Source of the DNA: Bacteroidales bacterium
GTDB taxonomy: Bacteria; Bacteroidota; Bacteroidia; Bacteroidales; UBA1556
Reading direction: 5' to 3'
Assembly (NCBI GenBank): GCA_016937295.1
Contig: JAFGWF010000143.1
Location: 1 to 56,658, forward strand
Length of the DNA: 56,658 nt
This document shows, piece after piece, positions 8,218 through 18,219 of the stretch; within the stretch, counting starts at the first letter, position 1, and every line of letters starts with the position of its first letter. The position numbers and the translations under genes were made by a program. The notes under the pieces were generated by a model, which searched no databases, had not been told where the DNA came from, and worked only from the letters and a program-made list of their open reading frames with translations.

Positions 8218-9630
8218 ATGGAGAAAGCAATTCTATCAAAATCGACATTTATCAAAGGAGAACAATGCTTAAAGGCACTATATCTCTACAAGAATAATTA
8301 CTCCTTACGGGATAAAATGCCGGCTGAAAGGGTTGCCGTTTTTAACCGAGGAAGTCGAGTAGGAGAAATTGCTCAAGGCCTTTTCCCGAAAGGAATCAAT
8401 TGTAAAATTGGAGGACCACGACAATACAACAAGGCTGTTGAGAAAACCTTGGAGTGCATTCATTCCCAAGAAAAGGTGCTCTATGAAGCAGCTTTTATTG
8501 CTGAAAACACAATTATTTATTTGGATATACTTACATTCGAGAATGAGAAATGGCATGCGTATGAAGTCAAAAGCTCTTCAAAAATTTCGGAAACGTATAT
8601 CTTAGATGCGGCTTTGCAGTATTATATCATTCGCCAAAGCGGATTAGAAATAGCTGATTTTCAGTTGATTTATATTGATGAAAATTATGTGAGAGGCGAA
8701 CAATTAGAAGTTGAGAAATTATTTCAAATTCAAGATGTAACCGAACATGTGCAACATTTGTATGGAGTTATTGGCGATAAAATACAGCAGCAACTTAACG
8801 CACTATCAAAGTCTATAATGCCCGAAACCCCTATTGGAATCCATTGCAGAACACCGTATGACTGCGATTTTCAAGGATATTGCTGGAACGGAATCGAACA
8901 TATTGCATTTGAAATACCCGCGTTAGATTTTGAGAAACAATGGCATTTCTTTGAAAAACAGCAAGCGGGTTTTTCGGAATCCGAGATTACCGATGACATT
9001 GTAAAACGCCAATTTGAACATAAAAGACGCAAAAAAGATTTTATTCAAGATTCTTTACTTCAAGTGTTTACGGAAAAAAAAGAACCCTATATTTTTTTAA
9101 ATCTATTGACATATTGCCCTGCTATTCCATGGTTTAAAGAAACGAAGCCATACCAAACCGTAGTTTATTCATACTACTGGGAATCTGTGTCGTCAGATGG
9201 TAAAATCCTTAACTCAAGCATGTATTTATCGGATATGGTGACTGATCCAACATTTTTCATTGTAGAAAAATTGTCAAATGAATTGAATGGACATAAAATC
9301 ATCAGTTTCGTTGATGATGGCATTTTACCTCCAGCCTTCGATATTTTAAACATAATAGATTTAAAAAAAGCATTAATTGATGGAAATATTATTGGATACA
9401 AACTAAAAAACTATAGTTTTGATGCCTTTGTTCAGGCATTTACCGGTAGAAATCCTTGGTACAAAAAATTGGTAGTTGATAAACAAGCAGGTCTTCAATA
9501 CGAAAAAGAATTTATAGAAAAATCAGATTTACAGGCAATTAAAGAAAACATCAGTGATTATCATAACGACAAAAACAAATATTTAGTAAAAACCTTTTTC
9601 AATTTTTTAAAAACGTACAGCAATGATTAG
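8218..9630 (+). CDS. DUF2779-type protein with an N-terminal Cas4/RecB-like PD-(D/E)XK nuclease carrying a four-Cys cluster
   Basis: 470 aa. Motifs seen are an N-terminal Cys (GEQCLKALYL), D...EVK (IIYLDILTFENEKWHAYEVKSS), QxxY (LQYYIIRQ) and three Cys in CRTPYDCDFQGYCW, which is the Cas4/AddB layout. The C-terminal half, about 245 aa, has no motif I recognise. Confidence 0.6.
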   Translation: MEKAILSKSTFIKGEQCLKALYLYKNNYSLRDKMPAERVAVFNRGSRVGEIAQGLFPKGINCKIGGPRQYNKAVEKTLECIHSQEKVLYEAAFIAENTIIYLDILTFENEKWHAYEVKSSSKISETYILDAALQYYIIRQSGLEIADFQLIYIDENYVRGEQLEVEKLFQIQDVTEHVQHLYGVIGDKIQQQLNALSKSIMPETPIGIHCRTPYDCDFQGYCWNGIEHIAFEIPALDFEKQWHFFEKQQAGFSESEITDDIVKRQFEHKRRKKDFIQDSLLQVFTEKKEPYIFLNLLTYCPAIPWFKETKPYQTVVYSYYWESVSSDGKILNSSMYLSDMVTDPTFFIVEKLSNELNGHKIISFVDDGILPPAFDILNIIDLKKALIDGNIIGYKLKNYSFDAFVQAFTGRNPWYKKLVVDKQAGLQYEKEFIEKSDLQAIKENISDYHNDKNKYLVKTFFNFLKTYSND

Positions 9631-12556
9631 AGTATATTATTTAATTATCATTTTCATTTTTAGCATAACAACAAACATCGGTTATAGTCAGGTGATAAAC
9701 ATAAAAGCGGAATCGCCATTGATTCAGGAGGAGAACACACAAAAAGGGCATAAAGCATTGATTAGATATACGTTAAAAAACGGATTAACCGTATATTTGA
9801 ATCCTGACAAAAACATGACAAAAGTTGTGGGAGCCATAGTGGTGAAAGGCGGGGCGAAAGCCGACCCTGCTGATGCCACAGGAATTGCACATTATCTTGA
9901 GCACATGCTATTTAAAGGAACAGATAAAATCGGAACGATTGATTATAAATCGGAAAGAGTTTGGCTCGACAGTATTGCGTTCATGTATTCGATGCTTGAG
10001 TTTGCAAAGGATGACACAGCCTATCGCAATAGAATTTTAAAAAAAGTGGACTATTATTCTGTTAAAGCCGACAAATTCGCTATTCCGGGTGAGTTTGCCA
10101 AAACAATTGAACTTATTGGAGGAAGGAATTTGAATGCCTACACCGATTTTGAAAAAATTGTTTATCACAATGAATTTCCGGCTAACTATATGAAGGAATG
10201 GCTAATGCTTTACAGGGAGAGGACAGAAAACGCCGTTTTCCGACTATTTAAAACTGAGTTAGAAACCGTATTTGAAGAAAAAAACATGTCGCAGGACAAC
10301 ACATATAACCGGTTTTATGAAGAAGTATATCGGAAGTTTTACCCAAATTCGGTATATGGAAACCAAACCGTATTAGGCTCACCGGAACATTTAAAAAATC
10401 CGTCCATTTATAAAATGCAAACCTATTTTAAGGAGCATTATAATGCGAAAAATATGGCTTTAATATTAGTTGGAAATTTCGAGGTAGAACCTACAAGATT
10501 GATGATTGAAGAAATTTTTGGTCAATTTCGGCAAGGAAACGAGATGAAAATTAAGCAAGAAACGGAAGCGGCTTTTAGTGGTAGAGAAGAGGCAACCATA
10601 AAAATGACTCCGATACCAATGGGAGTTATCAGCTATCGAATTCCCGGCCAAAACCATAAAGACATCCCTGCTATTGACTTGATTATCAAAATGCTAAACA
10701 ACGAAAACAATACCGGACTTTTAGACAGTCTCATTCAGGAAGACAAACTAATGCTTTCCATGGCCTTTACTCATTCGCATAGCGACTTAGGAGGTTTTTT
10801 TATTGGTTATGTTCCAAATTTCCCCATGCAAAGCTGCAAAAAAGCTGAAAAGAAAGTTAGTGCCATTATAAAAATGCTTCGCGAGGGAAAATTTAGTGAA
10901 TCCTTTTTGGCACAGATTAAACAGCAGGCCATAAAAAATCATCAGCAAAATATGGAATTAGGCACGTATCGAACGAAGAAGATTGCTGACCTATTTGTTT
11001 CAGATGGTAATTGGCAACAAATTGAAAACTACGACAATATCATTGAAAACATTTCGAAAAATGATATAATGAACATTGCGAATACATATTTAAATAACAA
11101 TTATTTGGTCATAAAATCAAAAATAGGAAGTCCGAAAAAGAACTACCTTAAAAAACCAAAGTTTACCCCTTTTAAAGCAGATGAAGAAAAAGAATCCATC
11201 TATTTTCAAAAGTTATTGGCACAAGTTGAACAATCAAAAGAAATAGATCTATCTGATTTTCAATTAAATTATCAACAAAGCGAGCCAAAACCGAGCATAA
11301 AGATTACTACTACCCAAAACCCCTATAACGATGTATTTAACTATAAAATCATATATTATATTGGCAACTATGACCTGAAAGAATTGTCGTTTGTGGCATC
11401 CTATATGAACGAGGTTGGTACTGCCGATTTACCCGTACATGCTTTCAGAAAGAAACTACAATCTCTTGGCACGACCATCAACTTTATAGCCAACGAAAGT
11501 TTCCTCATCGTGGAAATGACCGGTTTTGATCGAAATTACAAGGAAAGTATGGCAATTTTATCAAAGTTGCTTAAAACACCTGAGGTAAGCAAAAAAGCCC
11601 TTCAACCATTTGATAAAGAGCGAACTATGTCCAACAGGATAATGAAGCATGATTCAAATATTAAATCTTCGGCATTAGTTGAATATAGTTTATACGGAGA
11701 TAAATCGAAGTATCTCAATCGATTATCCGCAAAGGAAATAAAAAGACTAAAACCGTCAGATTTAATAGGAAAACTTCATGAAGCAATGAATTATAAAGCG
11801 GATATTATTTACTCAGGAACTATTCAACACAAGGAAATCGTAAATGCAACTATTACAAATCTACCTTTCTCGAAACGAGCTTTAACTTCTAACTCACCGG
11901 TAATCAAACCTTTTAGACAAACCACAGGAAATACAATATACTTTTTGAACGACAAAAAAGCACTTCAAAACAAAATGAGTGTATCGGTAATTAGTCCTCA
12001 ACTCACATTTGAGGATAAGTACATGTTAAGACCATATAATCACTTCTTCGGTGTTGGTTTAAACTCGGTAGTTTTCAAGGAAATACGTGAATATCGCTCA
12101 TTGGCATACAGTGCTTTAGGAATCTTTAGCACACCTTATAAAGCCGGAATACCGGGATTATTATTTATTACCACGGCCACCCAATACGATAAAACTCCGG
12201 AAGCGATTTCGACAGTTTTTACTATATTAGACAAATTAGAAGTCAAATCAAGATTGGACTATATCATTCCAACGGTTGACAATATGTTATTGACTGATAT
12301 TCCAAACTTTAGGCAAGTTGGCGCGTACGTATTCAACTATCAATTACAAGGTTTTAATGGTGACGCGATGCAGCAATTTCACACCTTTTATCAAACAATG
12401 AAGCCGGAAATGATTACTGGATTTCATCAAACCAATATTTCTAATCGCAATAAAACTATAACAATGGTTGGAAAAAAGGAAATACTTAAAACGGAAGAAT
12501 ACACCAAATTTGGCACGATTAAAAAAGTCAGATTAAATCAGCTTTATGTCAAATAA
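9623..12556 (+). CDS. M16 (pitrilysin/insulinase) family zinc peptidase, double-unit, secreted
   Basis: 977 aa with signal peptide MIRVYYLIIIFIFSITTNIGYSQ and the inverted zinc motif HYLEHMLFKG (HxxEH). The length fits two M16 active/inactive domain pairs. The start overlaps the stop of the preceding gene by 8 nt. Confidence 0.85.
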   Translation: MIRVYYLIIIFIFSITTNIGYSQVINIKAESPLIQEENTQKGHKALIRYTLKNGLTVYLNPDKNMTKVVGAIVVKGGAKADPADATGIAHYLEHMLFKGTDKIGTIDYKSERVWLDSIAFMYSMLEFAKDDTAYRNRILKKVDYYSVKADKFAIPGEFAKTIELIGGRNLNAYTDFEKIVYHNEFPANYMKEWLMLYRERTENAVFRLFKTELETVFEEKNMSQDNTYNRFYEEVYRKFYPNSVYGNQTVLGSPEHLKNPSIYKMQTYFKEHYNAKNMALILVGNFEVEPTRLMIEEIFGQFRQGNEMKIKQETEAAFSGREEATIKMTPIPMGVISYRIPGQNHKDIPAIDLIIKMLNNENNTGLLDSLIQEDKLMLSMAFTHSHSDLGGFFIGYVPNFPMQSCKKAEKKVSAIIKMLREGKFSESFLAQIKQQAIKNHQQNMELGTYRTKKIADLFVSDGNWQQIENYDNIIENISKNDIMNIANTYLNNNYLVIKSKIGSPKKNYLKKPKFTPFKADEEKESIYFQKLLAQVEQSKEIDLSDFQLNYQQSEPKPSIKITTTQNPYNDVFNYKIIYYIGNYDLKELSFVASYMNEVGTADLPVHAFRKKLQSLGTTINFIANESFLIVEMTGFDRNYKESMAILSKLLKTPEVSKKALQPFDKERTMSNRIMKHDSNIKSSALVEYSLYGDKSKYLNRLSAKEIKRLKPSDLIGKLHEAMNYKADIIYSGTIQHKEIVNATITNLPFSKRALTSNSPVIKPFRQTTGNTIYFLNDKKALQNKMSVSVISPQLTFEDKYMLRPYNHFFGVGLNSVVFKEIREYRSLAYSALGIFSTPYKAGIPGLLFITTATQYDKTPEAISTVFTILDKLEVKSRLDYIIPTVDNMLLTDIPNFRQVGAYVFNYQLQGFNGDAMQQFHTFYQTMKPEMITGFHQTNISNRNKTITMVGKKEILKTEEYTKFGTIKKVRLNQLYVK

Positions 12557-12679
12557 AAAAGAGATTGAATCGTTTAGCAATTCGCAGTCAAATAATGATG
12601 AGATAAAGATGAAATCAATACCTATTACCGAACAAAAACACGCAAGAAAAAATATGTTAGTACATAACAAACAATTATG

Positions 12680-12687
12680 TAGCTTTG
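12680..12687 (+). promoter_or_regulatory. -7 promoter box TAGCTTTG immediately upstream of bamD, possible leaderless mRNA
   Basis: Exact TAnnTTTG match whose final G lies 5 nt before the ATG at 12693. Confidence 0.4.
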
Positions 12688-12692
12688 CAGCC

Positions 12693-13499
12693 ATGTCCAA
12701 AATTTCAGCATACATTATTCTACTAACTGGTTTTCTGTTAGTTACAAGTTGCAGCAATTTCAACAAGGTGGTAAAAAAAGGCACACCGGAGGAGAAATTT
12801 AATGCTGCAGAAGCTTATTTTAACAAAGCAGACTATTATCACGCACTGCAATTATATGAAGAATTGATAGTTTTGTACCGAGGAAATCAAAAAATCAAGG
12901 ACATTTATTTCCATTACGCATATTCCTATTACTACGAAAAAGATTATGAATTAGCAAGTTATCATTTTAAATATTTTGCACGCACATTTCCGAATGATCC
13001 AAAAGCTGAAGAATCCTTATATTTAAGTGCGATGTCGAAATATCATCTTTCGCCACAGTTCAATTTAGACCAAACCTCTACCAAAAATGCCATTTCAGAC
13101 TTTCAAGTTTTTATCAATCAATATCCTGAAAGCGAAAGAGTTAATGACGCAAACAGGATGATTGATGAATTGCGGAAGAAATTAGTACAAAAAGACTTTG
13201 AAATAGCGAGATTGTATTATCATACAGAATTTTACAAATCAGCTATCAGCGCTTTAGAACAGCACATAAAAGATTATCCTTCAACACCTTACAATGAAGA
13301 ATGTCTGTTTTTGATTATAAAAGCCAATTATGATTATGCGAAAAAAAGTGTAATTAATAAGCAGGCTGAAAGATATAAAAGCACCATTGCAGCATATAAT
13401 AATTATGTTGCTAAATTTCCAGAAGGAGAGCATAGTAAGGAAGCGATGCGAATAATGCGAAGTGCTAAAGCAAAATTAAATAGTAGTGAAAACAAATAA
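12693..13499 (+). CDS. bamD: outer membrane protein assembly factor BamD (TPR lipoprotein)
   Basis: The ORF track starts at 12546, but the internal ATG at 12693 gives MSKISAYIILLTGFLLVTSC, a signal peptide with a lipobox. TPR-like repeats follow (AEAYFNKADYYHALQLYEEL...). The conserved Bacteroidota order bamD-rpoZ-coaBC follows. Confidence 0.8.
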   Translation: MSKISAYIILLTGFLLVTSCSNFNKVVKKGTPEEKFNAAEAYFNKADYYHALQLYEELIVLYRGNQKIKDIYFHYAYSYYYEKDYELASYHFKYFARTFPNDPKAEESLYLSAMSKYHLSPQFNLDQTSTKNAISDFQVFINQYPESERVNDANRMIDELRKKLVQKDFEIARLYYHTEFYKSAISALEQHIKDYPSTPYNEECLFLIIKANYDYAKKSVINKQAERYKSTIAAYNNYVAKFPEGEHSKEAMRIMRSAKAKLNSSENK

Positions 13500-13512
13500 A
13501 TAGTTCGATAAA

Positions 13513-13851
13513 ATGGATTTAAGAAAACTTGACAGTGAAACAATGGCGATTAGCCGCGACACGCAAAAGATTGAAAAATTAGCCGGAAATATTTATGAAT
13601 CAGTTGCCGCATTAGGAATAAGATCTGAGCAAATTGCAACTGAGCTTAAAGGTGAATTTGAAGAAAAAATCAAAGAGTTTCAAACAGTAACCGATTCATT
13701 AGAAGAAATTTATGAAAACCGTGAGCAGATAGAAGTAGCACGGTATTATGAAAGTTTACCAAAGCCAACACTGTTAGCCACTTGGGAACTGCTCAACGAC
13801 AAGATTTACCTAAGAAATCCAATTAAAGAGGAAACGCAAGACAACTTCTAA
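13513..13851 (+). CDS. rpoZ: DNA-directed RNA polymerase subunit omega (Bacteroidota long form)
   Basis: 112 aa with GNIYESVAALGIRSEQI and DSLEEIYENREQIEVARYYESLPKP, resembling flavobacterial omega subunits. It sits in the expected position between bamD and coaBC. Confidence 0.75.
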   Translation: MDLRKLDSETMAISRDTQKIEKLAGNIYESVAALGIRSEQIATELKGEFEEKIKEFQTVTDSLEEIYENREQIEVARYYESLPKPTLLATWELLNDKIYLRNPIKEETQDNF

Positions 13852-13853
13852 GG

Positions 13854-15071
13854 ATGTCGTTACAAGGGAAACATATTCTCATTGGTATTTCTGCCGGTAT
13901 AGCAGCCTACAAAATTCCTTTTTTGGTGAGGCTTCTAAAAAAATCTGGCGCTGAGGTACAAATTATTATGACTCCATCATCTCTTGGTTTTGTAACACCA
14001 CTAACGCTCAGCACTTTATCCCAAAGACCAGTATTAATTGAGCCATTCAATCAAGAAACAGGACAGTGGAACAGTCATGTGGAGTTATCCCTTTGGGCCG
14101 ATGCCATGATTATTGCACCTGCAACGGCGAATACGATGGCCAAGATGGTCACGGGAATCACCGACAATTTGCTTTTAGCCACCTACCTTTCCGCAAGAAG
14201 TCAGGTATTCATTGCTCCTACAATGGATTTGGACATGTATCAACACCCTGTTACACAAGAGAATATCGGCAAACTAAGAAAGATGGGGCATATCCTTTTA
14301 GAGCCAAACACCGGAGAATTGGCCAGTGGTTTAGAGGGTGCAGGTAGAATGCAGGAGCCAGAGGAAATTTTTCAAGTTTTAAACGATTTCTTTGAAAAAA
14401 AAAAGTCTTTAAGTCATCTTAAAATACTTATTAGCGCTGGTCCAACTTTTGAAAAAATTGATCCGGTACGATTCATTGGCAATCACTCCACAGGCAAGAT
14501 GGGCATAAGCCTTTGTAAGGTTTTTGCAAATTTAGACGCGGAGGTTCAGCTTATTAGTGGCCCTGGGGTTCCTGAAATAAATCATCAGCGAATTAAGCAA
14601 ACCAAAGTTACTACAGCAGATGACATGCTAAGGGAATGTGAAAAACATTTTCCATCGTCCGACATCACCATTATGGCTGCTGCTATTGCCGACTTTAAAC
14701 CAAAGAACATTTCAGACAAGAAGATAAAAAAAGGCAATAATCCTCCTGTTATTGAGTTAATTCCTACTCCTGATGTACTTTTCAATTTGGGCAAACAAAA
14801 AAAAGAGCATCAGTTATTAATTGGATTTGCTTTGGAAACGGATCAAGAAATGGAACACGCAAAACAAAAGTTGGAACGAAAGAATTTGGACTTTATTGTA
14901 CTTAACTCCTTAAGGGACAGCGGTTCAGGTTTTGGATTTGATACAAATCAAATTACCATTATTGATAAAAATGGTAGCACTAAAGTATTTCCTTTAAAAT
15001 CGAAAGATATGGTAGCAAATGATATTTTAGACCACGCTTTAGAGATGTTTCAAAAAAAATTAGTCGTATGA
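13854..15071 (+). CDS. coaBC: bifunctional phosphopantothenoylcysteine decarboxylase / phosphopantothenate-cysteine ligase
   Basis: 405 aa. The N-terminal flavoprotein part reads KHILIGISAGIAAYK...PATANTMAKM. The C-terminal CoaB part reads ILISAGPTFEKIDPVRFIGNHSTGKMG...MAAAIADF. Confidence 0.95.
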   Translation: MSLQGKHILIGISAGIAAYKIPFLVRLLKKSGAEVQIIMTPSSLGFVTPLTLSTLSQRPVLIEPFNQETGQWNSHVELSLWADAMIIAPATANTMAKMVTGITDNLLLATYLSARSQVFIAPTMDLDMYQHPVTQENIGKLRKMGHILLEPNTGELASGLEGAGRMQEPEEIFQVLNDFFEKKKSLSHLKILISAGPTFEKIDPVRFIGNHSTGKMGISLCKVFANLDAEVQLISGPGVPEINHQRIKQTKVTTADDMLRECEKHFPSSDITIMAAAIADFKPKNISDKKIKKGNNPPVIELIPTPDVLFNLGKQKKEHQLLIGFALETDQEMEHAKQKLERKNLDFIVLNSLRDSGSGFGFDTNQITIIDKNGSTKVFPLKSKDMVANDILDHALEMFQKKLVV

Positions 15072-15976
15072 AAAAACTAATTTTCATACTGATTACAATC
15101 ATAACGTTCGTTTTGCCATTGCAAAGCCAAGAATTGAATTGCCAAGTTTCTGTCAATCATTCACAAATTCAAACTACGGATATTCGGGTTTTTCAAACCT
15201 TGCAAAAAGCCGTTTTTGAATTTATGAACACAACCCGCTGGACAGATCGTTCTATAAAAACAGAAGAACGTATTGAATGCAGCATATTTATTAACCTTAA
15301 AACAAAAAACGGAGATTTATACACTGCTTCTATTCAAGTTCAATCCAGACGACCTGTCTTTAACACATCCTATAACAGCGTAATGATCAACTATATAGAC
15401 AATGATTTTGGATTTGAATATGTAGAGTATGACCCACTGAACTTTCAACCCACGAGTTTTGAGAGCAATCTGACATCCGTATTAGCTTTTTACGCCTACA
15501 TTATTATAGGTCTTGATTTCGACAGTTTTAGCGATCATGGCGGAAGTCCTTATTTCAACACGGCGCAGCAGATTGTAAATAATGCGCAGAATGCTTCCGA
15601 AGCCGGATGGAAATCTTATGAATCGCAAAGAAACAGATATTGGCTCATTGAAAATATTTTGAATGGCTCCTATGATGATTACCGAACGTTTACTTATCGT
15701 TATCACCGTTTAGGTTTGGATCAGATGTATGACAAACAGACAAAAGCCCGAACAGAAATTTTACAATCGCTTCAACTATTAACAAAGGTTCATCGTTCCA
15801 GACCTGGTCTTTATATTCTCAATTTACTTATGGAAGCCAAAAGAGATGAATTTATAGGCGTGTTTGGAGAAGCGCCGGCGAATGAGAAAGCAACGGCAAG
15901 GAACTATTTAGTTGAAATTGACCCAAGTCACAGTGGCGAATATCAAAAAATGGTAACCGGTGGGTCAGGAGGATAA
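15068..15976 (+). CDS. DUF4835 family protein (T9SS-associated family, sometimes annotated PorD)
   Basis: 302 aa with a signal peptide followed by QELNCQVSVNHSQIQTTDIRVFQTLQKAVFEFMNTTRWT, typical of DUF4835. The ATGA overlap with coaBC is the conserved Bacteroidota arrangement. Confidence 0.7.
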   Translation: MKKLIFILITIITFVLPLQSQELNCQVSVNHSQIQTTDIRVFQTLQKAVFEFMNTTRWTDRSIKTEERIECSIFINLKTKNGDLYTASIQVQSRRPVFNTSYNSVMINYIDNDFGFEYVEYDPLNFQPTSFESNLTSVLAFYAYIIIGLDFDSFSDHGGSPYFNTAQQIVNNAQNASEAGWKSYESQRNRYWLIENILNGSYDDYRTFTYRYHRLGLDQMYDKQTKARTEILQSLQLLTKVHRSRPGLYILNLLMEAKRDEFIGVFGEAPANEKATARNYLVEIDPSHSGEYQKMVTGGSGG

Positions 15977-16007
15977 AAAAGGCCGTTTTGAATATCAAAA
16001 CAGCCTT
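15973..16007 (-). terminator. rho-independent terminator downstream of ilvE
   Basis: A 13-bp stem, AAGGCCGTTTTGA-ata-TCAAAACAGCCTT on the plus strand. Its one odd pair is G-U only in the minus-strand RNA, where UUUUAU follows. It overlaps the stop codon of the convergent DUF4835 gene. Confidence 0.55.
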
Positions 16008-16028
16008 AGCCAATAATTCGTCATATTG

Positions 16029-17048
16029 TTAATCAACAAAAGTTATCCAGTTGTATTTATCCTCGATATCGCCAAACTGAATTCCCTGTAACGTTTGATA
16101 TAATTTTGTTGAGATTGGCCCTGCTTTGCCGTCCTTACAGTATTCAAAAACACGATTAGAATCACGGTCAAGAATCTTCTTTATAGGACTAATCACTGCG
16201 GCCGTACCACAAGCGCCAACTTCCTCAAATTGAGCCAATTCTTCCAATGTAATATGTCTTTTCTCAACGTGAAGTCCCATTTCGGTGGCCAAAGTTTGAA
16301 GACTCATATTGGTGATAGAAGGCAAAATGGATGTAGAATCCGGAGTAATGTATTTTCCATTAGCAATGCCGAAAAAATTGGCCGGACCAGCTTCATCAAT
16401 ATAAGTTTTCGTTTTGGCATCTAAGAATAGAGCAGACGCAAAACCTTCGTCGTGAGCACGAACACCGGCACGTAAGCTTGCCGCATAGTTTCCACCAACT
16501 TTTAAGTGCCCAGTACCAAGAGGAGCAGCCCTGTCAAAATCTCTAACAATTTGAATATCAACAGGATTAAAACCTTCTTTAAAGTAAGGGCCAACAGGAG
16601 TTACAAACATTACAAACAAATATTCATTAGCAGGCTTAACCCCAACTTGAGCCCCAGAGCCAATAAGGAGAGGGCGAATATAAAGCGAAGCGCCACTACC
16701 ATAAGGAGGGATGAAATCTTTGTTATGTTTGATTACCTTAAAAAGAGCTTTCTGAAACAACTCTTCCGGAACCGGAGCCATTAAAATACCTTCGGCACTA
16801 CGATGGAGTCGTTTTGCATTCTCTTCCCAACGAAAAACTCTAACTTTACCATCCTTACCCATGAATGCCTTTAATCCTTCAAAAGCTTCCTGACCATAAT
16901 GCAATGCAGTTGCAGCGATATGAATATTGATAGTTTCTGAGGAACTTAACTCCAAAGAGCCCCATTTCCCATCTCGGTAATAACAGCGAACATTATAATT
17001 AGTTTTTGTGTAACCAAAAACCAACTTTTTCCAATCTATATTTATCAT
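16029..17048 (-). CDS. ilvE: branched-chain amino acid aminotransferase (fold type IV)
   Basis: 339 aa with ALHYGQEAFEGLKAF, SLYIRPLLIG, KVGGNYAASL and GTAAVISPI motifs. Confidence 0.9.
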   Translation of the reverse strand: MINIDWKKLVFGYTKTNYNVRCYYRDGKWGSLELSSSETINIHIAATALHYGQEAFEGLKAFMGKDGKVRVFRWEENAKRLHRSAEGILMAPVPEELFQKALFKVIKHNKDFIPPYGSGASLYIRPLLIGSGAQVGVKPANEYLFVMFVTPVGPYFKEGFNPVDIQIVRDFDRAAPLGTGHLKVGGNYAASLRAGVRAHDEGFASALFLDAKTKTYIDEAGPANFFGIANGKYITPDSTSILPSITNMSLQTLATEMGLHVEKRHITLEELAQFEEVGACGTAAVISPIKKILDRDSNRVFEYCKDGKAGPISTKLYQTLQGIQFGDIEDKYNWITFVD

Positions 17049-17350
17049 TTTATCGAATTTTAGGTTAATCTACGAAGGGGCTAATATACTATAAAAAAAA
17101 GCCCGACTGGAAGCAAGTTTTGCATAAAAATAATTGCTATATCTCAAATTTTTGAAGTCAATTTTCCATAAAGCCATCTATAAAAACTTAAGAAAACAAC
17201 TAAAAATTGAGCTCAAATGAAGAACTGCAAACCATGTAATTCTCGATATGTATAACACTGATTAATAACTACATGCAAAATTAGTTAAACATAAATACCA
17301 TATAGTTGTATGACAATCCATTCATTTGCAATTTGAAAAACAAAATCGTT

Positions 17351-17358
17351 TATCTTTG
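17351..17358 (+). promoter_or_regulatory. -7 promoter box TATCTTTG upstream of the MscS-family gene
   Basis: Exact TAnnTTTG match 31 nt upstream of the ATG at 17389. Confidence 0.45.
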
Positions 17359-17388
17359 CTTTTACGAACTAAACCATAATTTTTCTAA

Positions 17389-18219
17389 ATGAGAACTTTT
17401 TTAGAAACCACTTTAATCAGCTACGACAACATAAATATCACGTTTTTTGTGATTATAAAGATGGTATTTCTCATTATGCTAACCATTGTTTTGCTTCGGC
17501 TTTTAAAAAAATTCTTTAAATTTCAATCGAAGAAAAAAAACTTAGAATACGGTGATATTTATAGTATTTATCAGATAATCAAATACATACTATCAACAAT
17601 AGTCATCATTATGCTATTGGACATGCTTGGAGTCAATACAACAATTCTCCTTACAAGTTCAGCAGCGCTCTTAGTCGGAGTTGGGTTAGGGTTGCAAAAT
17701 ATTTTTAAAGATTTTCTATCTGGAATTATACTATTATTCGGAAAAGTTATAAGGATAAACGACATTGTTCAGGTGGATAATGAAATTGGTAAAATATTGG
17801 AAATCAACCTTAGAGCTACGAAAATACTCACTCGGGACAACACAAATTTACTAATTCCAAATTCAAAATTTGTGGAAGAAAATGTAGTTAATTGGACATT
17901 AGATGAAAACAACATTCGCTTAAAGATAGATGTTGGTGTAGCTTATGGTTCTGATGTTGAATTAGTTAAACGGTTATTATTGGAGACAGCAAGTAATCAT
18001 GCTGATGTTTTAAACCAACCGAGTCCATTTGTTCGGTTTAGTAATTTCGGAAATAATTCATTAGATTTTCAGTTATTCTTTTGGTCGGATAATATTTTCG
18101 GCATGGAAAACACTAAAAGTGATATTCGATACAAAATTGACCAATCATTTAGAAATCATAACATTACAATACCTTTTCCACAACTTACTTTGTGGATGCA
18201 AAACGAAAAGAACTCATGA
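17389..18219 (+). CDS. mechanosensitive ion channel (MscS family)
   Basis: 276 aa. TM helices are followed by the pore helix and beta domain: [37 protein letters not shown]...[14 protein letters not shown]. Confidence 0.85.
   Translation: MRTFLETTLISYDNINITFFVIIKMVFLIMLTIVLLRLLKKFFKFQSKKKNLEYGDIYSIYQIIKYILSTIVIIMLLDMLGVNTTILLTSSAALLVGVGLGLQNIFKDFLSGIILLFGKVIRINDIVQVDNEIGKILEINLRATKILTRDNTNLLIPNSKFVEENVVNWTLDENNIRLKIDVGVAYGSDVELVKRLLLETASNHADVLNQPSPFVRFSNFGNNSLDFQLFFWSDNIFGMENTKSDIRYKIDQSFRNHNITIPFPQLTLWMQNEKNS

Noticed and set aside
14395-14404. A10 run in coaBC at the CoaC/CoaB domain junction, considered as a frameshift or slippage site
   Set aside because: It encodes the EKKK linker. A8-A10 runs are common in this AT-rich genome (for example 9075, 17533 and 46470), and the reading frame is intact.
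17049-17388. 340-bp ilvE upstream spacer examined for a T-box, leader peptide or attenuator
   Set aside because: There is no specifier-type structure, no Ile/Leu/Val-rich leader ORF and no terminator/antiterminator pair. The only minus-strand TAnnTTTG box (17276-17283) is 228 nt from the ATG, so the promoter assignment is uncertain.
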